A stretch of DNA of 64,000 nt. It comes from an uncultured archaeon (lineage in GTDB: Archaea; Asgardarchaeota; Lokiarchaeia; Sigyniarchaeales; SOKP01). The position numbers and the translations under genes are program-made. Under the pieces are notes generated by a model, which did no database searches, was not told the DNA's origin, and saw nothing but the letters and a program-made list of their open reading frames with translations. Positions 1-10,969 of the stretch are shown here, one piece after another. The stretch is taken from NCBI GenBank assembly GCA_964632315.1, contig CAZWEM010000002.1, positions 102,734-166,733 of the forward strand, given 5' to 3'. Positions within the stretch are counted from its first letter, which is position 1, and each line of letters opens with the position of its first letter.

Positions 1-453
1 TTGGTATTCAACATGATTTTTAACATACTACAAACAGATGGAAAAATACCTCCCGGAATCTTAATAACGTATTCTATACTAGTGGGAGTTGGGTTCATTG
101 TTTCTGTTTTGCTTTTAAAATTAGGATTAAGATTTGTAAAAGCTGAAAGAAGGAAGACTTTCAAATGGACTGCTATTAGCTTTTTCCTTCAAGTATTGGT
201 AATTTTTATGTTGGGGTCACCGTTCATCTTACTTGGTTTTGCAAATGCAATGAATGATAAAGATCCGCCAGTGGGCATTATTATCTTTATGGTAGTTATC
301 GCAGTTTTTATCGATATGAACGTTATTAATGTTATTCATCGAACAGGATTGCTTAAATCTTTCTGGCCTTTCTTATTAATGGCTATTCCTATGGCGGCTA
401 CGATTGGATTTGGGATTATGATTGATAGAGTAGGATTATTTATTACGTTCTAA
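1..453 (+). CDS. Hypothetical integral membrane protein (about 4 TM); start may be ATG at 13
   Basis: Four hydrophobic segments; stop overlaps the convergent pyrF stop. Confidence 0.7.
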   Translation: MVFNMIFNILQTDGKIPPGILITYSILVGVGFIVSVLLLKLGLRFVKAERRKTFKWTAISFFLQVLVIFMLGSPFILLGFANAMNDKDPPVGIIIFMVVIAVFIDMNVINVIHRTGLLKSFWPFLLMAIPMAATIGFGIMIDRVGLFITF

Positions 454-1373
454 TTAAGCCTTACTTTGTTTATTGCTTGATTCATCTTTTCTATTTCGAA
501 TCTAGCAGCCTTATCGAATTCAGAGGGGGAATAGTTTTGATATTTGTTATAAGCAAACATGATTCCTCGAGATGAATTAATTATTCCACCTAATCCTTTT
601 GAATCGAACCCATATTTGATATCTTCGCCGGTTGCGCCTTGCACTCCGTAACCAGGCATTAGGATAAAGGATTTAGTAAGGATTTTTCTAATTTCCTTTA
701 ATTGGGATGGATATGTTGCCCCTACAACAGCTCCAAGGTTAGAATAACCAGAAAATCGATGTAAATTTTCATTCCACTTATTTAAAAGCTTAGCCATTTG
801 GATGTAATTCCGTTCCAGTTTTAAATTCTCAACCTGAACTTCAGTAGAATCATCATTTACATTATCTAATCTTATACTGAATAGATCTTGGAATTCAATA
901 CTACTCGGATTTGATGTTTTTACTAATATAAATATTCCTTTCTCAAAATAATTCTCAAAATAGGGTCTTATTGAATCTATTCCAAGATACCCGTTTAGAG
1001 TACAAGCATCAGCTTGATAAACGTTAAAAGTTGAATCTGCGTAAGCTTTCGAACTTGATCCGATATCGTTTCTTTTAGAGTCTAAAATAACGAGTAAGTC
1101 TTTCTTATGGGCATAATTAATTGTTTCTTTTAGACAATTAAGGGCATCATATTTTTCGTAGAATGCAATTTGAGGCTTTATCACGGGGATTATATCACAT
1201 GTTCTATCAATTAATGCTTTATTGAATTCTAAAATGATTTGATTTGGTTCTTCATAATAATCAATGAGAAATTGAGGAATAGTCCCTTCTTTTTCTAAAC
1301 GAGGGTCCAAACCCATACATACTACGCTATTTTTATCCAGTATTACTTCAATTAAATCTTCAATAAACGACAT
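450..1373 (-). CDS. pyrF: Orotidine-5'-phosphate decarboxylase
   Basis: VCMGLDP, KPQIAFYE, catalytic DSKRNDIGSS (DxKxxDI), VGATYP, PGYGVQG, NSSRGI motifs. Confidence 0.95.
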   Translation of the reverse strand: MSFIEDLIEVILDKNSVVCMGLDPRLEKEGTIPQFLIDYYEEPNQIILEFNKALIDRTCDIIPVIKPQIAFYEKYDALNCLKETINYAHKKDLLVILDSKRNDIGSSSKAYADSTFNVYQADACTLNGYLGIDSIRPYFENYFEKGIFILVKTSNPSSIEFQDLFSIRLDNVNDDSTEVQVENLKLERNYIQMAKLLNKWNENLHRFSGYSNLGAVVGATYPSQLKEIRKILTKSFILMPGYGVQGATGEDIKYGFDSKGLGGIINSSRGIMFAYNKYQNYSPSEFDKAARFEIEKMNQAINKVRLN

Positions 1374-1519
1374 TATCTATGACTCACAATTTAGATCTCT
1401 CTCTGTAAAAAATGAGGCGATTCTCAAAAATATTTGTATAAATTTTTTATTTAATATTTATAAACGAAGATTAAAAAAAGGAAACAAATTAATATAATAA
1501 ATAAAATGAGTGAAGTTTA

Positions 1520-2761
1520 ATGGTTGCAATAAAATTAAGTGAAGATATTTATTGGATTGGAGCAAATGTACATACAGAAGATCTATTTGAAGGCATATGG
1601 CCCATTCCATATGGAGTCGCTCTGAACTCTTATGTTATTAAGGGAGATAAGATCGCGTTAATCGAATTAGTTAGAGAATGGGGAGATGCTGCCTTAACAC
1701 TTCTGAAGAACCTTGAATCAGTTTCAGTAAAATTAGAAGATATTGATTATATTATCTTAAATCACCTTGAACCAGATCATACTGGATTCACCTATATGAT
1801 AAAGTCTCTTTCTCCGTATGCCCAAATCCTTTCAACTCAAAAAGGAGTGGATTTAGTAAATGCATTTTATAATGTTGAGGAAAATGTTAAACCTGTTAAG
1901 ACTGGTGATGAAATAGACCTTGGTAAAAATAAAGTATTGAAATTTGTTGAAATTCCTAACGTGCATTGGCCAGAGACAATGGTGACTTACGAACAGAATT
2001 CAGGGATCTTGTTTTCTGGTGATGCTTTTGGAGCGTTTGGTGTTCACCATGGCAGTATTTTCGAAGATGAAACTCCAGAGGATAGTAAGCCTTATTGGGA
2101 AGAAGAGATGCTAAGGTACTATGCCAATATAATTCCTATGTTCTCTAAGAACGTATTGAATGCTATTGATAAGTTATCAGGAATCAAAATTAACATGATA
2201 GCTCCATCACACGGATTAATCTGGCGGTCTCGACCAGATGTAGTCATAAAAAAGTACAAAAGATATGCAAATTATAACAATGATTTTGCCGAACCTGAAT
2301 TATGTGTTGTTTGGGGAAGCATGTATGGTAATACGGAGGTCATGTTAAATTCGATTTTAAAGGGTATCGCAAAGGCTGGTGTTCATGTTAATATTCATCG
2401 TGTTCCTAACGAAGATCCATCATTTATCTTATCCGATGCTTATAAATCTGCGGGTTTGATAATTGGGGCTCCCACGTATGAATATGGGATGTTTCCTCCC
2501 ATGAAGTATATTATGGATCTGTTAAAGAAGAAATTCATTAGATATAAAAAAGTTCTCTATTTCGGTTCATACGGTTGGAGCGGTGGAGCGAAAAAGGATT
2601 TTACTGAGCTTTCTGAAAATATGAAATGGGACATTTACGATGCAATCGCATATAGAGGATATCCATCTCAAGAGGAATTGGAAAAAGGTGAAGAACAAGC
2701 CTTCAAACTGGCTAAAGATGTCAAGGATATAGAATCGAAAACAGAGGGAGAAGATTACTAA
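1520..2761 (+). CDS. fprA: Flavodiiron protein (FprA/type A flavoprotein)
   Basis: HLEPDH, HWPE, SGDAFG, PSHG diiron ligands; C-terminal flavodoxin SMYGNT and GSYGWSGG. Confidence 0.92.
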   Translation: MVAIKLSEDIYWIGANVHTEDLFEGIWPIPYGVALNSYVIKGDKIALIELVREWGDAALTLLKNLESVSVKLEDIDYIILNHLEPDHTGFTYMIKSLSPYAQILSTQKGVDLVNAFYNVEENVKPVKTGDEIDLGKNKVLKFVEIPNVHWPETMVTYEQNSGILFSGDAFGAFGVHHGSIFEDETPEDSKPYWEEEMLRYYANIIPMFSKNVLNAIDKLSGIKINMIAPSHGLIWRSRPDVVIKKYKRYANYNNDFAEPELCVVWGSMYGNTEVMLNSILKGIAKAGVHVNIHRVPNEDPSFILSDAYKSAGLIIGAPTYEYGMFPPMKYIMDLLKKKFIRYKKVLYFGSYGWSGGAKKDFTELSENMKWDIYDAIAYRGYPSQEELEKGEEQAFKLAKDVKDIESKTEGEDY

Positions 2762-2790
2762 TCATTTAATTTTATTTATTATATAAGAAT

Positions 2791-4179
2791 TTAAGATTCA
2801 ATGAGTTTTTCAATTTGATTCGTAATTATTTTCCCGTGTGCTACGGCATCAACCACGCTTTTGGATCCAGTTACACAATCTCCTCCAGCAAGCACTTTTG
2901 GTATTGAAGTAATGAAATTTTGATCAATTTTGATAGTATTTTTATTCGTTATTTTCAAATCCTTAGTATCGAATTCATCTAAGTCTGCTTCTTGGCCCAC
3001 CGCTTCAATAATAAAATCAGCATCTACTTTAAAATTTGAGTTCTCAATTGGGAGTGTTCTAGGACGACCACTATCGTCAAGGTCCCCCAATTCCATTTTT
3101 TGGCATACTGCTCCAAGGAGTTCCCCTTCTGTACAGATAAATGATACGGGATTCGTTAAAAAGCTTACGATTATTCCCTCATCAAATGACTCCTCTATTT
3201 CTTCCTTTCCTGCGGGCATTTGTTCTTTTTTTCTACGATAAATAATAGAAACTTCTGCCCCAAGCCTTTTTGCTACCCTAGCAGCATCCGTTGCTGTGCT
3301 TCCTCCACCAATAACAGCCACGCTTTTTCCCTTAATATCAGGAAATTTCTTCTCTAAATTAAATTTTTTTAAAAATTCAATCGCTTGTAAAACTTTACTG
3401 GATTCTTCTCCAGGAAGACCAATTTCTTTAGCTTTATGAGTCCCAATTCCAATTACAACGACATCATATCCCGATTCAAAAAAGTTTCTGATTGGATTTT
3501 TTTCATCAATAGAAATGTTTTTCTTGAATTCTATTCCCAATTTTTTAAGATTGTTTACTTCTTCAGTCACAACTTCTCTTGGCAATCTAAATTCGGGAAT
3601 TTCAGATATTAACATACCACCTATAACGTTCAGTTTTTCGAAAATGGTGACTTGAAAACCAAGTTTTTTAAGAAAATATGCACTCGATAATCCTAAAGGT
3701 CCGGATCCTATAATCGCTACTTTCTTACCATTATTTGGTTTACAGCTGAAAAAATCTTTAGATAATCCATAATGATCAACCAAATATCGCTTAATCGTTG
3801 GAATTTGAATAGGATCTCCAACTTTTCCAGAAGTACAATATTGTTGACAATATCCTGGGCATACTCGTTCTACAGATCTAGGAAAAGGGTAATGTTCATA
3901 GATAATTTTTAATGCTTGGTCAATATTACCACTTATAACATTGGAGATTATTTCTCTGGTATTACAATGTGTAGGACAATTTTTCATGCACGGTGGGGGT
4001 TTTATTTCAGGGTCGCTTTTTTTAAAACATTGAAGACATCTTTCACATTCTTTAATAACTTCATCCATAGTTCGAAAACCTTGGTTAACTTCATCAAAAT
4101 TTTTAATTCTATCTTGTGCATCTAATAGATGAGGTTTAAAAGCAGTTTTTTTTCTCTTTTTTTTTTGATTTGTGCTCAT
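2791..4179 (-). CDS. GltD/SudA/NfnB-like NAD(P)-dependent Fe-S flavoprotein
   Basis: RCLQC..C..CP, RVCP..CQ..C clusters; GSGPLG and GGGSTATD nucleotide-binding motifs; GGDCVTG. Confidence 0.88.
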   Translation of the reverse strand: MSTNQKKKRKKTAFKPHLLDAQDRIKNFDEVNQGFRTMDEVIKECERCLQCFKKSDPEIKPPPCMKNCPTHCNTREIISNVISGNIDQALKIIYEHYPFPRSVERVCPGYCQQYCTSGKVGDPIQIPTIKRYLVDHYGLSKDFFSCKPNNGKKVAIIGSGPLGLSSAYFLKKLGFQVTIFEKLNVIGGMLISEIPEFRLPREVVTEEVNNLKKLGIEFKKNISIDEKNPIRNFFESGYDVVVIGIGTHKAKEIGLPGEESSKVLQAIEFLKKFNLEKKFPDIKGKSVAVIGGGSTATDAARVAKRLGAEVSIIYRRKKEQMPAGKEEIEESFDEGIIVSFLTNPVSFICTEGELLGAVCQKMELGDLDDSGRPRTLPIENSNFKVDADFIIEAVGQEADLDEFDTKDLKITNKNTIKIDQNFITSIPKVLAGGDCVTGSKSVVDAVAHGKIITNQIEKLIES

Positions 4180-4288
4180 TTTATGTGTCCAATTCTAAAA
4201 CTGAGTTGATTATGTGAAAAATCATAACTGATATAAATTTGCTGTTTATAATACAAAAAGATTTGAATATTTAACCTATTTAATCCTC

Positions 4289-5638
4289 CTAATCTGCAAA
4301 TTCGTCCAGAATTGCATAAATTTCATCAATTAAAGAACTAATTTTAATTGTTTTTTGCTCTTCAGTTTTCATATTCTTTATAGTAACATTACTTTCTTGC
4401 ATTTCTTTAGGGCCAATAATTAGGGTGATTAATACTCCGAGTTCATTAGCTTTACTTAACTGATTTCCCATCCCTTTAAATCTATAATCAATAATACAGG
4501 GAAATTCTTCACTCCTAACTATATTTGCCAATTTGAGAGCATATTTAGAAACGCTTTCATTAATGGATGCGATGAAAATCGTATCTGTATAATCTTTTTC
4601 GCGAATTTCTGTTGGTATTAAATTGTACGTTTTCAAAAATAATGATAACATTAGTGTTCCCATTCCAAATCCAGTTCCAGTAATTTTTTCATCAGAAAAT
4701 AAAGATGCTAAATCATCGTACCTTCCACCTCCAAAAATACTCCTAATATTTTTCTTCCCAGTATCAAAAACTTCATAAACGATTCCCGTATAATAGTCTA
4801 ATCCGCGAACTGTTTTTGGAGAGAAACTACAATATTCTGTAATTTCAGCATCCTCAATGAGAGCAATAAAAGCACTAAGTTCTTTATATCCCTCTGTTTC
4901 ATAAAAATTTTTAGGAATATCATCAAAGGATGAAAGTAACTCATCTAAAGATTTAGAATCCTTGATTTTATATATCCCTTGAATTACATTTTCTTCTTTG
5001 AATGATTCTCTAACGAACTCATCAAATTCAGATTCTTCCATCTTATCTGATTTATCAAGAATTTTATAAACAAGAGGATATTCATTTTTCTTTACCCCTA
5101 ATAAAAGTTCACAAACAGAATCAATAAACCTCCGGTTATTATAATATATTTGAAATTGATCCGAATTTGCTCCAAATTGTTTAAATATATCAACTATTAC
5201 CATGAAGATTTCAATGTCAGCATAAAGGCTTTCCTCTGCTAATATGTCAAAATTTATCTGTTTAAATTCACGTCTCCTACCCCTTTGAGGTCTTTCATAC
5301 CTGAAGCAGGTTGGTACTGAAAACCAGCGTATTGGCTTTTTGAGTTCTTGGCTTTTTCGTGAAATCATGCGCGCTAAACTTGGTGTTAATTCAGGGATTA
5401 ATATCAACCTTTCCCCTTCTTTTTTTTCTATTATAAATGATTGTTCATTAACCAATTCTTCAGAAGATTTAGCAGCAAAAATTTCAATTGGTTCAATCTG
5501 AGGACTTTCGAATTCTTCAAATGAATAACGTTCCGCTATATCTCGAATGGTCTCTATTATCCAATTGAGTTCCCTCAAATCTTCTGGGTAATAATCTTCC
5601 ATTCCTCGTAAGGGTTCAGTAGAAAATTTTTTTGACAT
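4289..5638 (-). CDS. hisS: Histidine--tRNA ligase (start likely ATG 5638, MSKKFSTEP)
   Basis: RGMEDYYP, PELTPSLAR, FRYERPQRGRRREF, VRGLDYYTG, GGGRYDDL; C-terminal anticodon-binding domain. Confidence 0.96.
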   Translation of the reverse strand: MSKKFSTEPLRGMEDYYPEDLRELNWIIETIRDIAERYSFEEFESPQIEPIEIFAAKSSEELVNEQSFIIEKKEGERLILIPELTPSLARMISRKSQELKKPIRWFSVPTCFRYERPQRGRRREFKQINFDILAEESLYADIEIFMVIVDIFKQFGANSDQFQIYYNNRRFIDSVCELLLGVKKNEYPLVYKILDKSDKMEESEFDEFVRESFKEENVIQGIYKIKDSKSLDELLSSFDDIPKNFYETEGYKELSAFIALIEDAEITEYCSFSPKTVRGLDYYTGIVYEVFDTGKKNIRSIFGGGRYDDLASLFSDEKITGTGFGMGTLMLSLFLKTYNLIPTEIREKDYTDTIFIASINESVSKYALKLANIVRSEEFPCIIDYRFKGMGNQLSKANELGVLITLIIGPKEMQESNVTIKNMKTEEQKTIKISSLIDEIYAILDEFAD

Positions 5639-5772
5639 TAGTAGCAACCAATACTTTTGAATATGATTATAAAAAATCGGTTTCAAATATTAGTTTCGAT
5701 CCTCGATAACTTAAATTCGAAATTATATTTTGTATTATTACTAAATTTGACTTTTGCTAAAAGTGAATATAG

Positions 5773-6852
5773 ATGAATGAAAAATGGAAAGCTGAAATAT
5801 CAACACCTGCATTAGTTTTAGATTATGATGTAATGCTGGAAAACATCAAAAAAATGTCTGAATTTGTAAAAAGTACAAAAGTGACCTTACGACCACATCT
5901 CAAAACTGCTAAGATGCCCTTGATAGCACATATGATCTTAAAAGAGGGAGGCGCAAGAGGAATCGCGGTGGCAAAGGTTGGAGAAGCTGAGGTTTTTGCT
6001 CAATCAGGAATAGAAGATATCTTAATTGCTAATCAAGTTATTGATCCCGAACATATAAAGAGATTAATTAGGCTAAATAAATACATATTAGCAAGGTGTG
6101 CTGTAGATTCAAAAAAGAATATATTAGATTTAAGTAAATATGCAATTCAATCGAATAGTGAACTTGAAGTTTTACTTGAAATTAATTTAGGATTGGGAAG
6201 AGCTGGTGTAAAGCCCGAAGATCCTGCTTTAGAAATCGCTAAATTCATTAGAGCCACTCCAGGTGTAAATTTGGTTGGTTTGCAAGGTTATGAAGGCCAT
6301 TTAACTCCGATGATGAATGCAGAACAACGAGAGGAGATGACTAACGATTGCATGAAAACACTCATTGATACTAAAAATTTGTTAATCAATGAAGGATTCA
6401 AAATCGATATTGTATCCACCTCTGGATCAGCAACTTACATGTATTCAGCAAAATATCCAGGAGTCACAGAAATTCAACCCGGAACGTATTACTTTTCTGA
6501 TGAGCATTTACACAGGGTTAATCCAGTCTTTGACATTGCGGTAACTGTATTAACTACCATCCAAAATCAAACGGGAAAGAAGGAATTTACAGCCGATGCA
6601 GGTACAAAAGCAATAGCAACAGGAGATGGAAAGCCAGAAGTTAAAGGGTTTCCAAAAATTAGATTTCGAGTAATAAATGAAGAACATTCGCAAATGAAGA
6701 GCATTGGTGCAGATCTAGAAATAGGACAAAAGATAGAATTTATCCCAGCACATGTATGTACTACTATTAATCTATATGATTTCATTCATGTCGTTAAAGA
6801 TAATGAATATATTGGTAAATGGCAAATTCCTGCTCGAGGTAAAAATTATTAA
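5773..6852 (+). CDS. D-threonine aldolase / D-serine dehydratase (DSD1) family PLP enzyme
   Basis: TPALVLD, LRPHLKT (PLP Lys), YEGH, DAGTK, EEH, PAHVCTT. Confidence 0.88.
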   Translation: MNEKWKAEISTPALVLDYDVMLENIKKMSEFVKSTKVTLRPHLKTAKMPLIAHMILKEGGARGIAVAKVGEAEVFAQSGIEDILIANQVIDPEHIKRLIRLNKYILARCAVDSKKNILDLSKYAIQSNSELEVLLEINLGLGRAGVKPEDPALEIAKFIRATPGVNLVGLQGYEGHLTPMMNAEQREEMTNDCMKTLIDTKNLLINEGFKIDIVSTSGSATYMYSAKYPGVTEIQPGTYYFSDEHLHRVNPVFDIAVTVLTTIQNQTGKKEFTADAGTKAIATGDGKPEVKGFPKIRFRVINEEHSQMKSIGADLEIGQKIEFIPAHVCTTINLYDFIHVVKDNEYIGKWQIPARGKNY

Positions 6853-6880
6853 TTCTAAATAAAATATATGGTAAAAAAAT

Positions 6881-7258
6881 ATGGTCGAATTAGAACATAT
6901 AAATCCAGGCACTCCCGTAGCTGGTCCTTACACTCCTGGAGTAAAGGTAGGAGATTTATTATTTATCTCTGGTCAAGGTCCAAAACAGGGTGCAACCGAA
7001 ATTAAAGAACAAACATACACTGTATTAGAGAACATCAAAGCAATTGTTGAAGCTGCTGGAGGATCAGTGGCTAATATTGTCCACATTAAAGTTTATTTGA
7101 GAGATATGAATGATTTTGGCAAGATGAACAGAACATATAAAAAGTTTTTTAATGAAAACGGAGTTACTGAAAAATATCCCTCACGCTCAACACTTGAGGT
7201 TTCAAATCTTCCAGTAGCATCTATGCTTTTGGAACTTGATGCAGTGGCTTTGATTTAA
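6881..7258 (+). CDS. ridA: RidA/YjgF family imine deaminase
   Basis: GPYT, LFISGQ, MNDF..MN..Y, YPSRS, ELDAVA. Confidence 0.9.
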   Translation: MVELEHINPGTPVAGPYTPGVKVGDLLFISGQGPKQGATEIKEQTYTVLENIKAIVEAAGGSVANIVHIKVYLRDMNDFGKMNRTYKKFFNENGVTEKYPSRSTLEVSNLPVASMLLELDAVALI

Positions 7259-7261
7259 TCT

Positions 7262-7283
7262 ATCTTTATTTTTTATTTTTTTT
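7262..7283 (+). terminator. Oligo-T tract after ridA (archaeal-type terminator)
   Basis: ctttattttttattttttttt directly after the stop. Confidence 0.5.
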
Positions 7284-7512
7284 AAAAGTAGAAGAAGAAA
7301 GGGATCTTGCATTTTAAGTTCAAATATAAAATGATAAAGATAAATCAACTATTTTAATTAATGATATAGGTAAACTGATGCACAATTTTTATTCAATACA
7401 AATAACCTTGAAAGTAATGAAAAAATCATTGAAATCCTTGAAAACGTACTTAAATTAATGACCAAATATTAAATACTAGCAAATTGAATTCTTCAATAAA
7501 AAGGTGAAAATT

Positions 7513-9354
7513 ATGCCAAATGGATATATGGGAAAAATTTTGTGGGTAGACCTTTCTAATCAAAAATTTGAAGATATGCAATTGACAGATGAGGTTTATA
7601 GGAATTATATAGGAGGTTATGGGCTCGCTACTAAAGTAATTTATGAACATACCCCCAAAAATTTCGATCCATTAAGTTCGGATTCGGTTTTTGGGTTTTT
7701 TCCAGGATTACTTACGGGCACTGTCGCACCGTTGACTGGTCGTTTTATGGTTGCCGGTAAATCTCCATTAACAGGAACTTGGGGAGATTCGAATTGTGGG
7801 GGTTATTTTGGACCAGAAATAAAGAAGTGTGGATATGATGCTATTTTGATTAAGGGAGCATCAAATACGCCAAAAATGGTCACTATAATAAATGATGATA
7901 AGTCAATTGTAGATGCTTCAGAGTATTGGGGATTAGACGTCGTAGAAACAGAAAAAAAAATCAAAGATAAATATGGAAATGTACAAGTCGCTAGTATTGG
8001 ACAGTCGGGGGAAAAACTTTCGTTAATTTCGGGAATTGTAAATGATCAAGCGAGGATTGCGGGGAGATCCGGGTTTGGGGCTGTTATGGGATCTAAAAAG
8101 CTAAAAGCAATAATTTTGAGAGGTAACAAAAAGATTGAACAAGCTGATAAAGATAGCACATTAAAGCATACAAAAGAATACAATGAAGGCATTAAAGCAG
8201 CTACAAGTGGTGCTATACAAGCCTGGAGTACGATGGGAACGACATTTGGAAATACAGTATCTCCTTCAATTGGAGATACACCCATTAAAAACTGGGGAGG
8301 GACTAAAAATGAAGATTTTCCCGACGAAAAATTGAATAAAATATCAGGATTGGAAATTTTAAAATATAAACAAAAAGACTATGGTTGTTTTTCTTGCCCA
8401 GTCCAATGTGGAGCAATCCTAAAAATTCCAGATGCTAATTTAGATGAAACACACCGACCAGAATATGAAACTTGCGCTAGTTTTGGACCTTTGTTATTAA
8501 ATGATGATCTTCAATCTATATTTGTAATAAATGATCTTTGTAATAGAGCAGGGATCGATACGATCTCTGCGGGAGCTACCATTGGATTTGCGATAGAATG
8601 TTTTGAGAATGGGATTATCGATTTAGAAGATACTGGAGGAATTTCCCTCAAATGGGGGAATTCAGAAGCGATATTAAAAATCTTAAAGAAAATGATTAAC
8701 CGGGAAGGTTTCGGTGATATTTTAGCAGATGGTTCTAAAATCGCTTCAGAAAAGATTGGTCAAGATAGTGAAAAATATGCAATGCATTCATTAGGACAGG
8801 AGCTTGGAATGCACTCTCCAAAATATTATAAAAATATGGGTGCTTCTTTTGCTTTTGATCCCACTCCTGGAAGACATACGACAGCAAGCATTGAAATGAT
8901 GGCTGGGGGTCCTTTAATTAAACCAAATGGCTTATTTGAGGGATTCTCATTACCAAAACGATTTAAAAGGCCAGGAGATGACAGATATGAAGCCGCAAAG
9001 CTATTGATAGGATTATGGCAAAGCTTTTCAAGTGTTGGATTGTGTGAATTTGCATTATTCTTTCAAAAATATCCCTTACTTGAACTGATAAAATCAGTAG
9101 TTGGATGGGATATGGCGATGGAAGAATTCATAAATATTGGAATAAGAATTCAGACCTTAAGGCAAGCATTTACTCTCCGAGAAGGAGTCAATCTTATTAA
9201 GAATGAACTCCCAGAAAGGACATATGATTTTGATTATCTCTCTGACTATAAGGGATATTGTGAAAAAATAGGCTGGAATCCAGAGAATGGTGTTCCTTTA
9301 GAAAAAACTCTTCATGAATTAAATCTCGAGTTTGTTATAGATGATCTATACTAA
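7513..9354 (+). CDS. aor: Tungsten-dependent aldehyde:ferredoxin oxidoreductase (AOR family); start ATG 7513 after AGGTGA
   Basis: GYMGKILWVDLS, KSPLTG, GRSGFGAVMGSKKLKA, CFSCPVQC, PEYET, GIDTIS, GLCEF. Confidence 0.92.
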   Translation: MPNGYMGKILWVDLSNQKFEDMQLTDEVYRNYIGGYGLATKVIYEHTPKNFDPLSSDSVFGFFPGLLTGTVAPLTGRFMVAGKSPLTGTWGDSNCGGYFGPEIKKCGYDAILIKGASNTPKMVTIINDDKSIVDASEYWGLDVVETEKKIKDKYGNVQVASIGQSGEKLSLISGIVNDQARIAGRSGFGAVMGSKKLKAIILRGNKKIEQADKDSTLKHTKEYNEGIKAATSGAIQAWSTMGTTFGNTVSPSIGDTPIKNWGGTKNEDFPDEKLNKISGLEILKYKQKDYGCFSCPVQCGAILKIPDANLDETHRPEYETCASFGPLLLNDDLQSIFVINDLCNRAGIDTISAGATIGFAIECFENGIIDLEDTGGISLKWGNSEAILKILKKMINREGFGDILADGSKIASEKIGQDSEKYAMHSLGQELGMHSPKYYKNMGASFAFDPTPGRHTTASIEMMAGGPLIKPNGLFEGFSLPKRFKRPGDDRYEAAKLLIGLWQSFSSVGLCEFALFFQKYPLLELIKSVVGWDMAMEEFINIGIRIQTLRQAFTLREGVNLIKNELPERTYDFDYLSDYKGYCEKIGWNPENGVPLEKTLHELNLEFVIDDLY

Positions 9355-9407
9355 ATAGTAATTTTCAAATTTTTTTTTTTATTATTTATTTAAGCTAAGT
9401 GATTTTT

Positions 9408-9689
9408 ATGAAGCAAAAATATATTGTAATGAATAAGACTGACAATTGTGCTACGGCTTTGGAGGACATTAAGAAAGGTGAAGAAATAGATTATAGTGAC
9501 ATCAAGTTCAAAATAAAACAAGAGATACCACTTGGTCACAAGTTCGCATTAATAGACATTAAGTCAGGAAATGAAGTAAGAAAATATGGTCAAGTTATTG
9601 GATTAGCGACGCAAAATATCTTCAAAGGAGAATGGATTCATACACATAATATTATAAGTCATTATCTTAAAGAGGTGGTAAATCAGTGA
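9408..9689 (+). CDS. UxaA/SuyA-type SAF-domain small subunit
   Basis: DNCATAL, IPLGHKFAL, KYGQVIG, GEWIHTHN. Confidence 0.88.
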   Translation: MKQKYIVMNKTDNCATALEDIKKGEEIDYSDIKFKIKQEIPLGHKFALIDIKSGNEVRKYGQVIGLATQNIFKGEWIHTHNIISHYLKEVVNQ

Positions 9690-10873
9690 ACGAAGAGTTC
9701 ATGGGATATGAAAGACCGAAAAATAAGGTTGGAATCAGAAACAAGATTGCTATTATTCCTTCTGTTCTCTGTGTAAATCACATTGCTGAACGAATTGCAG
9801 CTAAAATAGATCAAGCTGTTGCAATTCGCCATCCACTAGGGTGTGGCCAATTTGGTCCCGATTTTAATAATACTCTACGTACTTTAGCGGGATTAGGAAG
9901 TAATCCCAATATATATGGTGTTGTTGTAATTGGATTAGGATGCGAAAACTTAAAAAGCAAAGTATTAGCAAAAAATATTAAACGTTCAAAAAAGCCGGTG
10001 GAATTTTTTGATGTACAAGACATTAAAGGAGGTTCCATTGCTGCAATTGAGCATGGAATAAAAATTGCAAGTCGATTGAGAGATGAAGCAGACGAATTGG
10101 TTAGAGAACCGTTCGATTTTTCGAACCTAACGCTTGGATTAGAATGTGGAGGGTCTGATTCTATCTCTGGGATCACTGCTAATCCAGCAATTGGAATAGT
10201 TTCAGATAAAATTGTACAATTAGGAGGAACATCGATCCTACCCGAATTTACTGAGTGGATTGGAACAGAGCATATTCTTATTGATAGGGCTGTGAATCAA
10301 GAGGTTGCGACTAAAATTCATGAAACACTCACTGGATTTATCGATCATCTAAAAAATATTGGGATTGACTTTTTAGGTGTTCAACCTACTCCTGGAAATA
10401 TTGAAGGAGGGCTGTCAACGATAGAAGAAAAGTCGTTAGGAAACATTGCAAAATCAGGGAAAGCACCGATTCAAGGTTTAATAGATTATTCAGAATCTCC
10501 TAAAACAAAAGGTTTGTGGTTGATGCTTGAACCAGGACTCGATGTAGAATCCATGACCGGATTAGCTGCAGCAGGGGCAAATATTATCCTCATGACAACA
10601 GGGAGGGGGAGCCCCTGTGGAAATCCAATCGCTCCAGTAATAAAGTTATGTGGGAATCCAAAGACTTGTGAATGGATGGACAGAGACATTGATATAGATG
10701 CCAGTAAAATGTTAACTGGTGAGGCAACAATGGAAGAAATGGCTGAAATTATTTGGAAGAAATTGAAATTAACTTGCAATGGGCAAACAACGCATTCAGA
10801 GTTACTAGGATTCAATGATTTAGCAATTTGGAGAAATAGTGCTTCTCCATTCCAATACATGCATTGCAAATAG
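9686..10873 (+). CDS. UxaA/GarD/SuyB family dehydratase large subunit
   Basis: GIRN, HPLGC, GLGCE, GLECGGSD, TIEEKSLG, TTGRG; GTGA overlap with the small subunit. Confidence 0.9.
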   Translation: MNEEFMGYERPKNKVGIRNKIAIIPSVLCVNHIAERIAAKIDQAVAIRHPLGCGQFGPDFNNTLRTLAGLGSNPNIYGVVVIGLGCENLKSKVLAKNIKRSKKPVEFFDVQDIKGGSIAAIEHGIKIASRLRDEADELVREPFDFSNLTLGLECGGSDSISGITANPAIGIVSDKIVQLGGTSILPEFTEWIGTEHILIDRAVNQEVATKIHETLTGFIDHLKNIGIDFLGVQPTPGNIEGGLSTIEEKSLGNIAKSGKAPIQGLIDYSESPKTKGLWLMLEPGLDVESMTGLAAAGANIILMTTGRGSPCGNPIAPVIKLCGNPKTCEWMDRDIDIDASKMLTGEATMEEMAEIIWKKLKLTCNGQTTHSELLGFNDLAIWRNSASPFQYMHCK

Positions 10874-10969
10874 CTTTTGATTGAAAAAAAATTCAATTAA
10901 AAGTAACTACCACTTTTTGTAAAAAAAATTTTCCAAGAAACTTTATAAAAATATCTTTTTTCTAATTAT

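Noticed and set aside
2791-4179. GltD-like protein pairing with the PyrK-like domain as an NfnAB complex
   Set aside because: The genes are unlinked and the [2Fe-2S] motif is PyrK-type, so it is kept only as a test in the fusion finding.
5638-5773. His-rich leader upstream of hisS, by analogy with the leu leader
   Set aside because: No short ORF with clustered His codons.
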